DNA of 32,000 nucleotides from Halogeometricum borinquense DSM 11551 (GTDB lineage Archaea; Halobacteriota; Halobacteria; Halobacteriales; Haloferacaceae), in contig NC_014735.1 of assembly GCF_000172995.2 (NCBI RefSeq), positions 90,001-122,000 on the forward strand, given 5' to 3'. Each line of letters opens with the position of its first letter. Position 1 is the first letter of the stretch. A program made the position numbers and the translations under genes. The notes below the pieces were generated by a model that did not search any database, had not been told where the DNA came from, and saw only the letters and a list, made by a program, of their open reading frames with translations. Below, in pieces: positions 23,063-31,242 of the stretch.

Positions 23063-24493
23063 ATGAGCGACACCGAGACTGACCCGCCGTCGGAGTTAGA
23101 ACAGCCGAGCGAGGGATCTCCGGGTTCGGTGGCCGAGACCACAGACGAAGTGACAATATACGAAGACGAAGTCGAACTCGAACGAACAATCGGGTTACGC
23201 GGCGGTGTCGCCATCGGCGTGGGAACGATGATCGGAGCGGGCATCTTCGTCTTCCCCGGACTCGCCGCCGGACGCGCTGGTCCCGGGGCCGCCCTCTCGT
23301 TCGCACTCGGTGCGGTCGTCGCCCTTCTCGTAGCTCTGCCAACCTCCGAGTTAGCGACAGCGATGCCTCAGAGCGGCGGTGGATACTACTTTATCTCCCG
23401 CGGGATAGGCAATCCATACGGTGCCGTCGTTGGACTGAGTCTCTGGTTGGGCCTCATTTTCGCGTCGGCGTTCTATCTCGTTGGGTTCGGTCAGTACGCC
23501 GCCGCGATACTGGCCGAGATCGGTCTGGAAATCGATGTCGGAACTGTCGCCCCCGCTTTGGCCGTTCTCGTCGGCGTGGGTCTGACGGGCGCGAGCATCG
23601 CCGGGACCGAGAATACAGCAAAACTACAGAACAGTATCGTCGGTCTCTTACTCGGAATCCTGACGCTCTTTCTCGTCTACGGCGGACTCGACTCGCTCGG
23701 CTTCTTCGGACGCGAGACGGTTCCCGAGGCGTTCGCGCCGTTCGGCGTCTTCCCCATCCTAACGACGACGGCGTTCGTGTTCACCGCGTATCTCGGCTTC
23801 GCACAGGTGGCGACAGTGGCGGGCGACATTAAACGACCCAGTCGGAACCTGCCACTTGCGATGATCGGTTCAGTGGTGTTAGTCGCGGTGCTTAACGTCG
23901 TGACCATACTCGTGGCAACCAGCGCGTTCGGAAGCGCGCAGTTGGCGACGTACGGAGAGACTGCGCTGGTCGAAGTCGCACGAAGTTTCGTCGGCATCGG
24001 CGGTGCCGTCACGATTCTCGTGGCGGGGTTGTTAGCGACGGTTTCGAGTGCGAACGCGTCGATCCTGAGTTCATCACGGGCACTGTACGCCCTCAGCCGT
24101 GACGCACTCGTACCTGCAAAGGCCGGAACCCTCAATCGGAAGTACAACACGCCGCACATCGCGTTATCGCTCGCGGGCGGACCAGTCCTGTTTCTCGTCC
24201 TGTTCGGCCCCGTCGAAGTGTTAGCTGAGGTGGCGTCGTTTCTCCACCTCCTGATGTACGGACTGATGTGCGTTACACTCGTCATCCTTCGACGACGCTC
24301 ACCCGACTGGTACGATCCGGACTATCGGATTCCGGGCTATCCGGTATTGCCGATTCTCGGCGCAGTGACTAGTTTCAGCCTCCTCGTACTCATGCAACCG
24401 CGCTCACAGGCAATCGGTGTGGCCGTGATAGTCGCGGCCGCGGTGTGGCAACGGTTCTATGCCGCCGACGTCGAATTACAAGGGGTGCTATAA
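23063..24493 (+). CDS. APC-superfamily amino acid/polyamine permease, 476 aa
   Basis: An acidic N-terminal tail is followed by [23 protein letters not shown]...[19 protein letters not shown]..., the typical APC signature, and about 12 hydrophobic segments. A TATA-like ataatata at 23029-23036 lies about 30 nt upstream. Confidence 0.88.
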   Translation: MSDTETDPPSELEQPSEGSPGSVAETTDEVTIYEDEVELERTIGLRGGVAIGVGTMIGAGIFVFPGLAAGRAGPGAALSFALGAVVALLVALPTSELATAMPQSGGGYYFISRGIGNPYGAVVGLSLWLGLIFASAFYLVGFGQYAAAILAEIGLEIDVGTVAPALAVLVGVGLTGASIAGTENTAKLQNSIVGLLLGILTLFLVYGGLDSLGFFGRETVPEAFAPFGVFPILTTTAFVFTAYLGFAQVATVAGDIKRPSRNLPLAMIGSVVLVAVLNVVTILVATSAFGSAQLATYGETALVEVARSFVGIGGAVTILVAGLLATVSSANASILSSSRALYALSRDALVPAKAGTLNRKYNTPHIALSLAGGPVLFLVLFGPVEVLAEVASFLHLLMYGLMCVTLVILRRRSPDWYDPDYRIPGYPVLPILGAVTSFSLLVLMQPRSQAIGVAVIVAAAVWQRFYAADVELQGVL

Positions 24494-24495
24494 CG

Positions 24496-25281
24496 ATGAC
24501 TGAAGACGCCATCATAGCAGGCGAAGAACTGACCGTACTCGTTCCCGTCCGAATCCTCGAAGGAGAACAGGTACCGGCCGCGCTTATGGACGTGCTATCG
24601 TCAGTTTCGGTGGTGCTGCTCGGCTACCACGTCATTCCCGAACAGACCGCGCCAGAGCAGGCACGGACCCAGTTCGGCGAGCAGGCGCGTTCGGAGTTAG
24701 ACGACGTGGCAGAAGCGTTCCGGAACGCAGGAGGCGACGTCGAAGCGAGAGTCGTCTTCACAGGAGACGCGACCCAGACGTTCGAACGTATCGCGGTGGA
24801 AGAAAAAGCGGATGCGATACTCCTACTCAACCCCGCCCCAAGCGTCGAGCGAATCTTCGTCGCCCTCAGTGAGGGCATCAACACGGAACGAATCGCCGAA
24901 CTCACGTCGGCGCTGGCGACAGGGACTGACGTGACGGTGACGCTGTTTCACGTCGCGACGTCGGAAGACGAACGCGCGGCGGGTGAGCAACTCCTCGACA
25001 AAACGGCCCGAATACTCTCGGAGAAGGGCGTGGCGACCGATGATATCGAGCGTGAAGTGGCCGTGAGCGATGCGCCGGTACAACTGCTCAGCGACGTCGC
25101 ATCGGAGGACAGCGACCTCGTCGTTCTCGGTGAGAGTCGCCCGACGGTCCGCGAACTCGTATTCGGAGAACCATCGGAGCGAATGGCAGAGCGAACGCTC
25201 GCACCCATCCTTGTCGTGCGGCGACTCCCTGCATTAACTGCCGAGGAGGACGACGCCGAGACGGCGAACGATGAATCGTGA
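24496..25281 (+). CDS. Usp-like tandem-domain protein coupled to the APC permease, 261 aa (the track ORF starts at 24445)
   Basis: The ATG lies 2 nt after the permease stop. It has two Usp-like halves (LTVLVPV...ADAILLL and VTVTLFHVA...DLVVLGESRPTVRELVFGEPSERMAERTLAPILVV). The glycine motif is degenerate (GESR...GEPS). Confidence 0.7.
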   Translation: MTEDAIIAGEELTVLVPVRILEGEQVPAALMDVLSSVSVVLLGYHVIPEQTAPEQARTQFGEQARSELDDVAEAFRNAGGDVEARVVFTGDATQTFERIAVEEKADAILLLNPAPSVERIFVALSEGINTERIAELTSALATGTDVTVTLFHVATSEDERAAGEQLLDKTARILSEKGVATDDIEREVAVSDAPVQLLSDVASEDSDLVVLGESRPTVRELVFGEPSERMAERTLAPILVVRRLPALTAEEDDAETANDES

Positions 25282-25345
25282 ACCGAACATTCGTCGGATC
25301 GGAAACACCTCAGATATTATTTCTCCGTGCGTGCTATGGACACGC

Positions 25346-25960
25346 ATGGGAAGAACTTCGAACGGTGTTCCTCGGCGCGAATTCGCCGGGACTGTCGTCG
25401 GAGCGGCCGCACTGAGTGCCGCAACAGGGACCGCGGCGGCACAGGAGGGACAGCAACACACGGTCGAAATGACCGACGGCTTGGTATTCGAACCGGACGC
25501 GATTACTATTGCACCGGGCGATACTGTGGTTTGGGAGAACGTGGGGTCCATCGGTCACTCGGTCACGGCGTACGAAGACGACATTCCGGAGGGTGCCGAC
25601 TACTTTGCCTCCGGGGGATTCGACTCCGAAGACGCCGCGAGAAGCGCATACTCCGCAGGTGACCCCGAAAGCGGTGACATTGCCGGTGGTGAGTCGTACG
25701 AACACACGTTCGAGACCGAAGGAACGTTCGAATACTTCTGTATCCCGCACGAAACAGTCGGAATGGTCGGGAGCGTGACCGTCACACCGGGTGGTGCGGC
25801 CGAGGAAAACGGCGGTCCCGCCGCCCCACAGGTACCCGATTCGGCTAAGACGCTCGCCATCGCAACGACCATCGCTCTGACGAGTGTCGTCGGTCTCACG
25901 TACTTCTTCTTGAAGTACGGCGGCGACTACGAGATCCCAACTGGAGACGAAAACCAGTAG
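25346..25960 (+). CDS. Halocyanin / plastocyanin-like type-1 copper protein with a Tat signal and a C-terminal membrane anchor, 204 aa (the track ORF starts at 25271)
   Basis: The Tat signal is MGRTSNGVPRREFAGTVVGAAALSAATGTAAA (twin-Arg motif). The cupredoxin ligands are GHSV ... FCIPHETVGM (His, Cys, His, Met). The C-terminal helix is TLAIATTIALTSVVGLTYFFL. Confidence 0.85.
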   Translation: MGRTSNGVPRREFAGTVVGAAALSAATGTAAAQEGQQHTVEMTDGLVFEPDAITIAPGDTVVWENVGSIGHSVTAYEDDIPEGADYFASGGFDSEDAARSAYSAGDPESGDIAGGESYEHTFETEGTFEYFCIPHETVGMVGSVTVTPGGAAEENGGPAAPQVPDSAKTLAIATTIALTSVVGLTYFFLKYGGDYEIPTGDENQ

Positions 25961-26032
25961 CACCGCGCCGTGAACGATGAAGCCGTCTGCAACGAGTACA
26001 GTGTACGCCTCGGATTCAGTCAATCGTGACGG

Positions 26033-26950
26033 ATGATTCTCGAACTAGGCGGATTCGTCGTCGGATTGGGCATCCTTCTCGTCGGGGCCGACCGAACGGT
26101 CCGGTCGGCCGCCGAACTTGCGCTTTACTACGGCGTCTCGAACTTCTTCGTTGGCGTCACCGTCGTCTCCATCGGGACATCGATTCCGGAAATGACGACC
26201 TCTCTGTACGCGGCGTACTACGGGGCTGGTGACCTCGTTGTCGGGAACATCGTCGGATCGGAGACAGCGCAGATCACGCTGGGAATCGGAATTGTCGCTC
26301 TCATTTCGCCGATAGTCGCTGAACGAAAGAACGTACTGGTCTACGGCGGTGCGATGCTGCTCTCGATGATTATCATGATACTCACGCTCGAAGACGGGAT
26401 CACCCGCTCTGAGGGCATCCTCATGATGTTAGCCTACGCAATCTTCATCCACGACCTGTACTCAAACGAGGGTGGCGAGGAGATAACTGAGGAAGTGATC
26501 GAAGAGCAGGAACCGCCGAAACGGACGGTACCGTGGGTACTCTTCGGCCTCCTTCTCGTTGTCGGCGGCGGACAAGTCATGGTAACGAACGGAGTGGCTC
26601 TGGCCACACTCCTTGGGATACCGCCGTACGTGGTGGGTATCCTCACTGGGTTGGGGACGACTGCTCCGGAGATAGTCGTCGCAGGAATCGCAGCGCGAAG
26701 CGGCCGAAGTGGTATCTCTGTCGGCTCACTTCTCGGAAGCAACATTACCGATCCAGTGTTCTCGCTGGGAATCGGTGCACTCGTTGCGGACGTAACGCTG
26801 AGCGACCCGGAATCGGTAACAATGTCGGTCAGCTACATGCTGTTCGTCTCGCTCATCGTCATCGCGGTGTTGTACTGGCGGCGGGGTATCGACCGACGGA
26901 GCGCTATCGGGTGTCTCCTGCTGTATCTTCCGTCGTTTATTGTCCTCTGA
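26033..26950 (+). CDS. Ca2+/cation antiporter (CaCA, YrbG-like sodium/calcium exchanger family), 305 aa
   Basis: Two alpha-repeats are present: VSIGTSIPEMTTS...GNIVGSE and GLGTTAPEIVVAG...GSLLGSNITD. Confidence 0.85.
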   Translation: MILELGGFVVGLGILLVGADRTVRSAAELALYYGVSNFFVGVTVVSIGTSIPEMTTSLYAAYYGAGDLVVGNIVGSETAQITLGIGIVALISPIVAERKNVLVYGGAMLLSMIIMILTLEDGITRSEGILMMLAYAIFIHDLYSNEGGEEITEEVIEEQEPPKRTVPWVLFGLLLVVGGGQVMVTNGVALATLLGIPPYVVGILTGLGTTAPEIVVAGIAARSGRSGISVGSLLGSNITDPVFSLGIGALVADVTLSDPESVTMSVSYMLFVSLIVIAVLYWRRGIDRRSAIGCLLLYLPSFIVL

Positions 26951-26955
26951 ACGGC

Positions 26956-26961
26956 AAAAAA
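26956..26961 (-). terminator. T6 tract (A6 on the plus strand) downstream of the CBS/HPF-like gene
   Basis: The plus strand reads ggcAAAAAAcag, 37 nt beyond the stop at 26998-27000 on the minus strand. A further TTTT lies in cgttttgcg. Confidence 0.4.
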
Positions 26962-26997
26962 CAGAGATGGCGCAAAACGAGACCGGAGACGCCTCGA

Positions 26998-28215
26998 TTA
27001 CGCCGCTTCTTCGAGAATCCAGCCGAAGCGCTTCTCCCAGAACGCCTCGTCCGGATGCTTCTTGCTTCGGCCATAGGTCTTCTCGTCGCGTATCTGCCGC
27101 TCAACGATGTCGCAGGCTTCATTGAGAGCCTGTCTTGCACCGTATCCCTCCCCCGAAGCGATGTACAGTCCGCTGTCAGTGTACAAGCGGATACGGGCGA
27201 GTACGAGCGGCGTCCCGCGACGTTTCTCGTCGTGTTCGTGGAGATGGACTTTGGCGTCCAACACGTTCATCCCGTGGTCCTTGTCGTCGAACGCCTCGAC
27301 CATCGACACGATGTCGTCGTAACTCACATCGCCTAACAGGTCGGTCCCGTAGACCTGGACCGCACGGTTGCCGCCCGTCTCCCACGTGAGCGAGTCGAGG
27401 ATATCGGTCTTCGTGACGATACCGACGGGACAATCGTCCTCGACGACGACGAGCGAGGACCCATCAGTTTCGAACATCGCCTCGACGGCCGTTTCGAGCG
27501 TTTCGTCCGGTCGAATCGTCCGAACAGGCGACACCATCACGTCGCGGACCGGAAGATCGAACAAGCGCGCAAGTTCTCCTTCTCGGGCACCGTACCCGCC
27601 GCGGTGCGTCCGGCCGGCAGTGCCACCACCGCCGAATGCATCCGCGCCAGTCGCGTCACCGCCTTGGCTCTGCGTCCCGGAGTGTACGGTGAGGTCCACC
27701 ATATCGTAGAGACTGAGAATGCCGACAGCCGCGTCGTCCTCGACAACCGGGAGGTGAGTAATGTGGTGCTCCCGGAAACGGGTAACCGCTTCACCTGCCG
27801 TCGTTTCCGACTCGACCGAGACGAGTTCGTCAGTGTAGACATCGCCGACGGTGGCGACGTCCAGAAACGGTTGGACCGCTTCGAGGATGTCGTCAGCGCT
27901 GACAACGCCGACCACGTCGTCCCCCTCGAAGACGGGGAGGAGTTGCGAGTCGCTGTCGATCATGAGCCGTGCGACCTTGCGAACGTCCTCGTCGGGTGCA
28001 AGTCGAGGTACGTGCCAGACAAGCGAGCCGACTTTCTGGTCGGGAGGGTGCCGGGAAGTGGCGAGTTGTCGTCTGGTGACGACCCCCTCAAACTGGGTGT
28101 CCTGTACGAGGACGCCTTTGACGGTGGGATCGTCGAACACGCCGACGAGTTTGGAGACTCGCGTCTCCGGACTAACTGCTTCGTACTCTTCCGAGACGAT
28201 ATCAAGTATTTCCAT
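26998..28215 (-). CDS. Four-CBS-domain protein with a Gly/Arg-rich insert and a C-terminal HPF/RaiA (ribosomal S30Ae)-like domain, 405 aa (the track ORF starts at 28305)
   Basis: There are four CBS-type motifs (...KGVLVQDTQFEGVVTRRQL; ...LLPVFEGDDVVGVVSADDIL; ...HLPVVEDDAAVGILSLYDMV; ...SLVVVEDDCPVGIVTKTDIL). The C-terminus VQVYGTDL..VSYDDIVSMVEAF...AKVHLHEH...ARIRLYTDSGLYIASGEGYGARQALNEACDIVERQIRDEK parallels E. coli HPF (LNITGNNVEIT...VYVVLKVE...[40 protein letters not shown]). Confidence 0.8.
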   Translation of the reverse strand: MEILDIVSEEYEAVSPETRVSKLVGVFDDPTVKGVLVQDTQFEGVVTRRQLATSRHPPDQKVGSLVWHVPRLAPDEDVRKVARLMIDSDSQLLPVFEGDDVVGVVSADDILEAVQPFLDVATVGDVYTDELVSVESETTAGEAVTRFREHHITHLPVVEDDAAVGILSLYDMVDLTVHSGTQSQGGDATGADAFGGGGTAGRTHRGGYGAREGELARLFDLPVRDVMVSPVRTIRPDETLETAVEAMFETDGSSLVVVEDDCPVGIVTKTDILDSLTWETGGNRAVQVYGTDLLGDVSYDDIVSMVEAFDDKDHGMNVLDAKVHLHEHDEKRRGTPLVLARIRLYTDSGLYIASGEGYGARQALNEACDIVERQIRDEKTYGRSKKHPDEAFWEKRFGWILEEAA

Positions 28216-28611
28216 GAGTGTTTTTGGGTTCCGATTTCGGTCACGAACGATGCACGGCCGGTGGGCAGTACGCCCGACAGATGTAGCTTCGCCGGTGTCG
28301 GTCAAGTATCAGCGGGTTATTCTCAACAACTGATACCGAACGAAGTGTATCAACCAGAACTAGAATTGTAGATATATCACACATCAATTCTGGAGAGATG
28401 TGCTATCTATTCAGATGAAAAACACGTCTCCGGAGATTCAGACGTAGACAGATATGTGAATTTGAGCCAGTTCATCGGCTTTTTCCGTATCGATAGTAGT
28501 CCCGAAGTCGTCTCTTCTCGTCAATCGATACCTAGTCCACCATCATTTGTTTTGTGTGCTATTGTATTTATTGTGCAAAAATAAAAGAGCGCGCGGACCG
28601 TATCTAAAGCC

Positions 28612-29391
28612 ATGGGCGTGAGAATCGCACTCCTCGATGCGTCGGTCGGGAACACCCCGGCAGAGCGGAACTTCCGACGAGTCCTCGACGCCGAGGTGAC
28701 GACGTTCAAACTCAGCGAGGGGCAGTTACCGCCGCCGGTCACGTCACGGGCGTGGGTGTACGACGGCGTGGTGATTAGCGGGTCACAAATATCAGTCTAC
28801 GACGACAACGACTGGATTCACGGGGCGACAGAGTGGTTCCGACGCGCGCAGGCGGCCGGGGTGCCGACGCTCGGTGTCTGCTGGGGCCACCAGTTTATCG
28901 CCCAAGCCGTTGGCGGGCGCGTGGTGGATATGCACGAATACGAACTCGGCTATCGAACGATCACGCGCGTCGGTGACAGTCCGCTCTTCGAGGGCGTACC
29001 ACGTCGGTTCACAGCGTTCGAGACACACTCCGACCGTGTTGCAGAACTTCCACCGGGTGCGGTCACGCTCGCACGCAATGACTTCGGCGTCCAAGCGTTC
29101 CGCGTTGGGGGTTCCTACGGCGTCCAGTTCCATCCGGAGTACGACCGTGAGACGGCCGAATGGGTGACGAAAAACAAGGAGTTACCCGAGGAGCGGATTC
29201 AGCACGTTTTGGACGGCATAAATGAAAACGCAGTTGCCGACGCGAACGTCTCCAAGGCGGTATGCGACAACTTCGTGAAGATCGTGACGACGACCCAACC
29301 GACGCAGTCAGACGAGTGGTCGGAACCCACCCCGTCCGAATCCGCGCTGGGTAGTGTACCTGATCAGGACTTCGAGGAGACCGGCCGCTAA
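28612..29391 (+). CDS. Class I glutamine amidotransferase-like protein, 259 aa
   Basis: The nucleophile elbow is LGVCWGHQFIAQAVGG and the His-Glu pair is GVQFHPEY. An AT-rich box aaaaataaaag (28577-28587) lies about 30 nt upstream. Confidence 0.85.
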   Translation: MGVRIALLDASVGNTPAERNFRRVLDAEVTTFKLSEGQLPPPVTSRAWVYDGVVISGSQISVYDDNDWIHGATEWFRRAQAAGVPTLGVCWGHQFIAQAVGGRVVDMHEYELGYRTITRVGDSPLFEGVPRRFTAFETHSDRVAELPPGAVTLARNDFGVQAFRVGGSYGVQFHPEYDRETAEWVTKNKELPEERIQHVLDGINENAVADANVSKAVCDNFVKIVTTTQPTQSDEWSEPTPSESALGSVPDQDFEETGR

Positions 29392-29730
29392 CGCCATTCC
29401 AAACAGAAGCGGCCAGACGGTCAGATATGACGAGAGCGGGTGTAAGTGAGTCCCGTACAGTTCCTGATACACGTTGTTTCCGAGGAGCCAAAGCGTCACT
29501 CCAGCGGGGAGAATCAGCGAGAAACGAGCGAGGAGGAACAACGGAACAGCGGCCATGAGAAACAGACCGACAACCGCATAGCTCACTCCGATGGCGACAG
29601 TCAACATATCCCCGGATGCAAAGTATACGCCGCGGGAAAAACTCCACCAGAGAACAATGACCGAATAGATGAGTCCACCGAGGACGCCGAGAACGAGCGG
29701 CTTGCGACTCTTCGACGGGAGGGAAACCAT
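29308..29730 (-). CDS. Hypothetical integral membrane protein (about 4 TM), 140 aa
   Basis: Four hydrophobic stretches are visible (LVLGVLGGLIYSVIVLWW; LTVAIGVSYAVVGLFLMAAVPLFLL; LILPAGVTLWLLG; LTVWPLLFGMALAAGLL). I recognise no family motif. The last 84 nt overlap the convergent amidotransferase gene. Confidence 0.55.
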   Translation of the reverse strand: MVSLPSKSRKPLVLGVLGGLIYSVIVLWWSFSRGVYFASGDMLTVAIGVSYAVVGLFLMAAVPLFLLARFSLILPAGVTLWLLGNNVYQELYGTHLHPLSSYLTVWPLLFGMALAAGLLEVLIRYTTQRGFGRGGFRPLV

Positions 29731-29804
29731 ATTTCAGACTACATGACCACGATACAACAATCTTCTGTCGTATGAGATGTGTGAGAACGCTGAAGAAGCG
29801 AGAC

Positions 29805-30197
29805 TCACGCGGGCGTCGTCGTAACCCGTAGTTCGCGTGTCCGCGGGCCATCGCACTCGGCAAACATGACTGACTGCCACGTACCGAGCCCCAACTCGCC
29901 GTTTTCGACCGGTATCGAGACGCTCGAACCGAGCAACGCTGCTCGCATGTGTGCGTCGGCGTTGTCGTCGATTTCGTCGTGTGCGTAGTCGTCACCGCGA
30001 GGTGCGAGGTGTTCGAGCAGTCGTTCGAGGTCGGACATCAATCGTCGCTCGTGTTCGTTGACAATGATACCTGCCGTCGTGTGCGGGACGAAGACAGTGC
30101 AGACGCCGGTGTCGAGGTCGTCCGGAACAGTCGCGGCGACATCAGACGTGACATCAACCACTTCGACGCGTTGGCCGGTCTGAACTTCGAGGGCCAT
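29805..30197 (-). CDS. yjbQ: YjbQ/UPF0047 family protein (annotated elsewhere as secondary thiamine-phosphate synthase), 130 aa (the track ORF starts at 30224)
   Basis: The sequence reads MALEVQTGQRVEVVDVTSDV...GVCTVFVPHTTAGIIVNEHE...DDNADAHMRAALLGSSVSIPVENGELGLGTWQSVMFAECDGPRTR, which is the family pattern. A T6 run (A6 on the plus strand, 30223-30228) lies 28 nt upstream of the ATG at 30197. Confidence 0.8.
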   Translation of the reverse strand: MALEVQTGQRVEVVDVTSDVAATVPDDLDTGVCTVFVPHTTAGIIVNEHERRLMSDLERLLEHLAPRGDDYAHDEIDDNADAHMRAALLGSSVSIPVENGELGLGTWQSVMFAECDGPRTRELRVTTTPA

Positions 30198-30260
30198 GTG
30201 CGACAATACGGGTGGAACGAGCAAAAAAGAACAGTGCGCTTTACCTCCCCCTTGGTGGGG

Positions 30261-30707
30261 TCAGCGGACAAGCGTCACAGTGACGCGTGCCCGCCGAACA
30301 ACGATTTCAGCGACACTTCCGAACACGGCTCGCCCCTCCTCGCCGCGTCCGTGAGCGCCAAGGACGATTTGGTCTACGTCCTCCGCTTCGGAGTAATCTA
30401 CGATGACACGCTTCGAGTCACCGATTTCCGAGGCAGTGGCAACTGTTCGGTCGTGGTCCCCTGCGATTGCTTCGGCCTCCGAGAGCAGTCGTTCCGAGAC
30501 TTCCTCAGCCCGTTCGTACCACTCCTCAGACCCCATCAACGGCTCGTAAGTCGTCTCGAACTCAGGATAGGTACCGTACCCCGGTTCGAACAGGTCAACG
30601 ACGTGGAGCGCGGTTATCGACGCCTCCGGAAACTCTCCCAGCGCATACCGGAGCGCGCTCCACGACAGCGCAGATCCGTCGACCGGAACGAGGACGTGCT
30701 TCGCCAT
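30261..30707 (-). CDS. Universal stress protein (single UspA domain), 148 aa
   Basis: The sequence reads MAKHVLVPVDGSALS...IVLGAHGRGEEGRAVFGSVAEIVVRRARVTVTLV. Confidence 0.88.
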   Translation of the reverse strand: MAKHVLVPVDGSALSWSALRYALGEFPEASITALHVVDLFEPGYGTYPEFETTYEPLMGSEEWYERAEEVSERLLSEAEAIAGDHDRTVATASEIGDSKRVIVDYSEAEDVDQIVLGAHGRGEEGRAVFGSVAEIVVRRARVTVTLVR

Positions 30708-30840
30708 GGAACCCCACCAGTTAGTGGTAGATGCTGGCCGAAATAGGACCTATCGGCAATTCCTATCGGCTGAGAATACTGTTCGTCGAAATCGTTAATA
30801 CAGACTGTCGAACGCCACACTGCCGGTCAGCAACACGGCT

Positions 30841-31176
30841 TCAACGGGACTCGACGCCCAACTGCTCCCGTTGGGTTGACTCGCCGGATCGTTCGGTTTC
30901 ATCGAGATACGACTGGACCGCCGCCGCGGCATCGTCTGCACTAGTGAAACTCGTACCGAGACCAACCTCGATTTGCGTCCAGTCGTCGCCGTTGCGTTCG
31001 TATACGTCTACCCACCAGTACAGCGACAGGCCACGCGAGAATTCGGTGATTTCGATGCGGAGAGTTCCGTCCGGGCGCTCGTACGTTGTCGTCTCGCCGT
31101 CGGTGTCGGCGGTCCATCCGCGCGGGAGGTCGAGGCAGTACGGGTCGTCCGTCGGTCCGTCGTCCTCGGCAGTCAT
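30841..31176 (-). CDS. Hypothetical acidic protein, 111 aa
   Basis: The ORF is open, with an acidic haloarchaeal composition (MTAEDDGPTDDPYCLDLPRGWTADTDGETTTYERPDGTLRIEITEF...). I recognise no motif. Confidence 0.55.
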   Translation of the reverse strand: MTAEDDGPTDDPYCLDLPRGWTADTDGETTTYERPDGTLRIEITEFSRGLSLYWWVDVYERNGDDWTQIEVGLGTSFTSADDAAAAVQSYLDETERSGESTQREQLGVESR

Positions 31177-31242
31177 TCAGGGTCGAGTAAATGTTCTGAG
31201 CGGACCGCCCTAAATCACACCATCACGGCACGGGTCGCCGCC

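Noticed and set aside
22920-23342. The N-terminal 141 codons of the 198-aa ORF at 22746-23342(-).
   Set aside because: This part is Arg-rich, runs antisense into the APC permease gene, and contains the promoter-like element for the 57-aa zinc-finger ORF. Only the last 57 codons are credible.
28427-28436. The perfect 10-bp palindrome TCTCCGGAGA, nested in ACGTCT-N10-AGACGT, in the spacer between the CBS/HPF-like gene and the amidotransferase gene.
   Set aside because: Ten-bp palindromes are expected dozens of times by chance in 32 kb. There is no second copy and no clear relation to either promoter.
29805-30197. A functional link between the YjbQ-family gene (annotated elsewhere as secondary thiamine-phosphate synthase) and the tenA salvage unit.
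   Set aside because: The genes are about 16 kb apart, on opposite strands and separated by many unrelated genes. The thiamine activity of YjbQ proteins is regarded as promiscuous, so co-location in the same window is not evidence.
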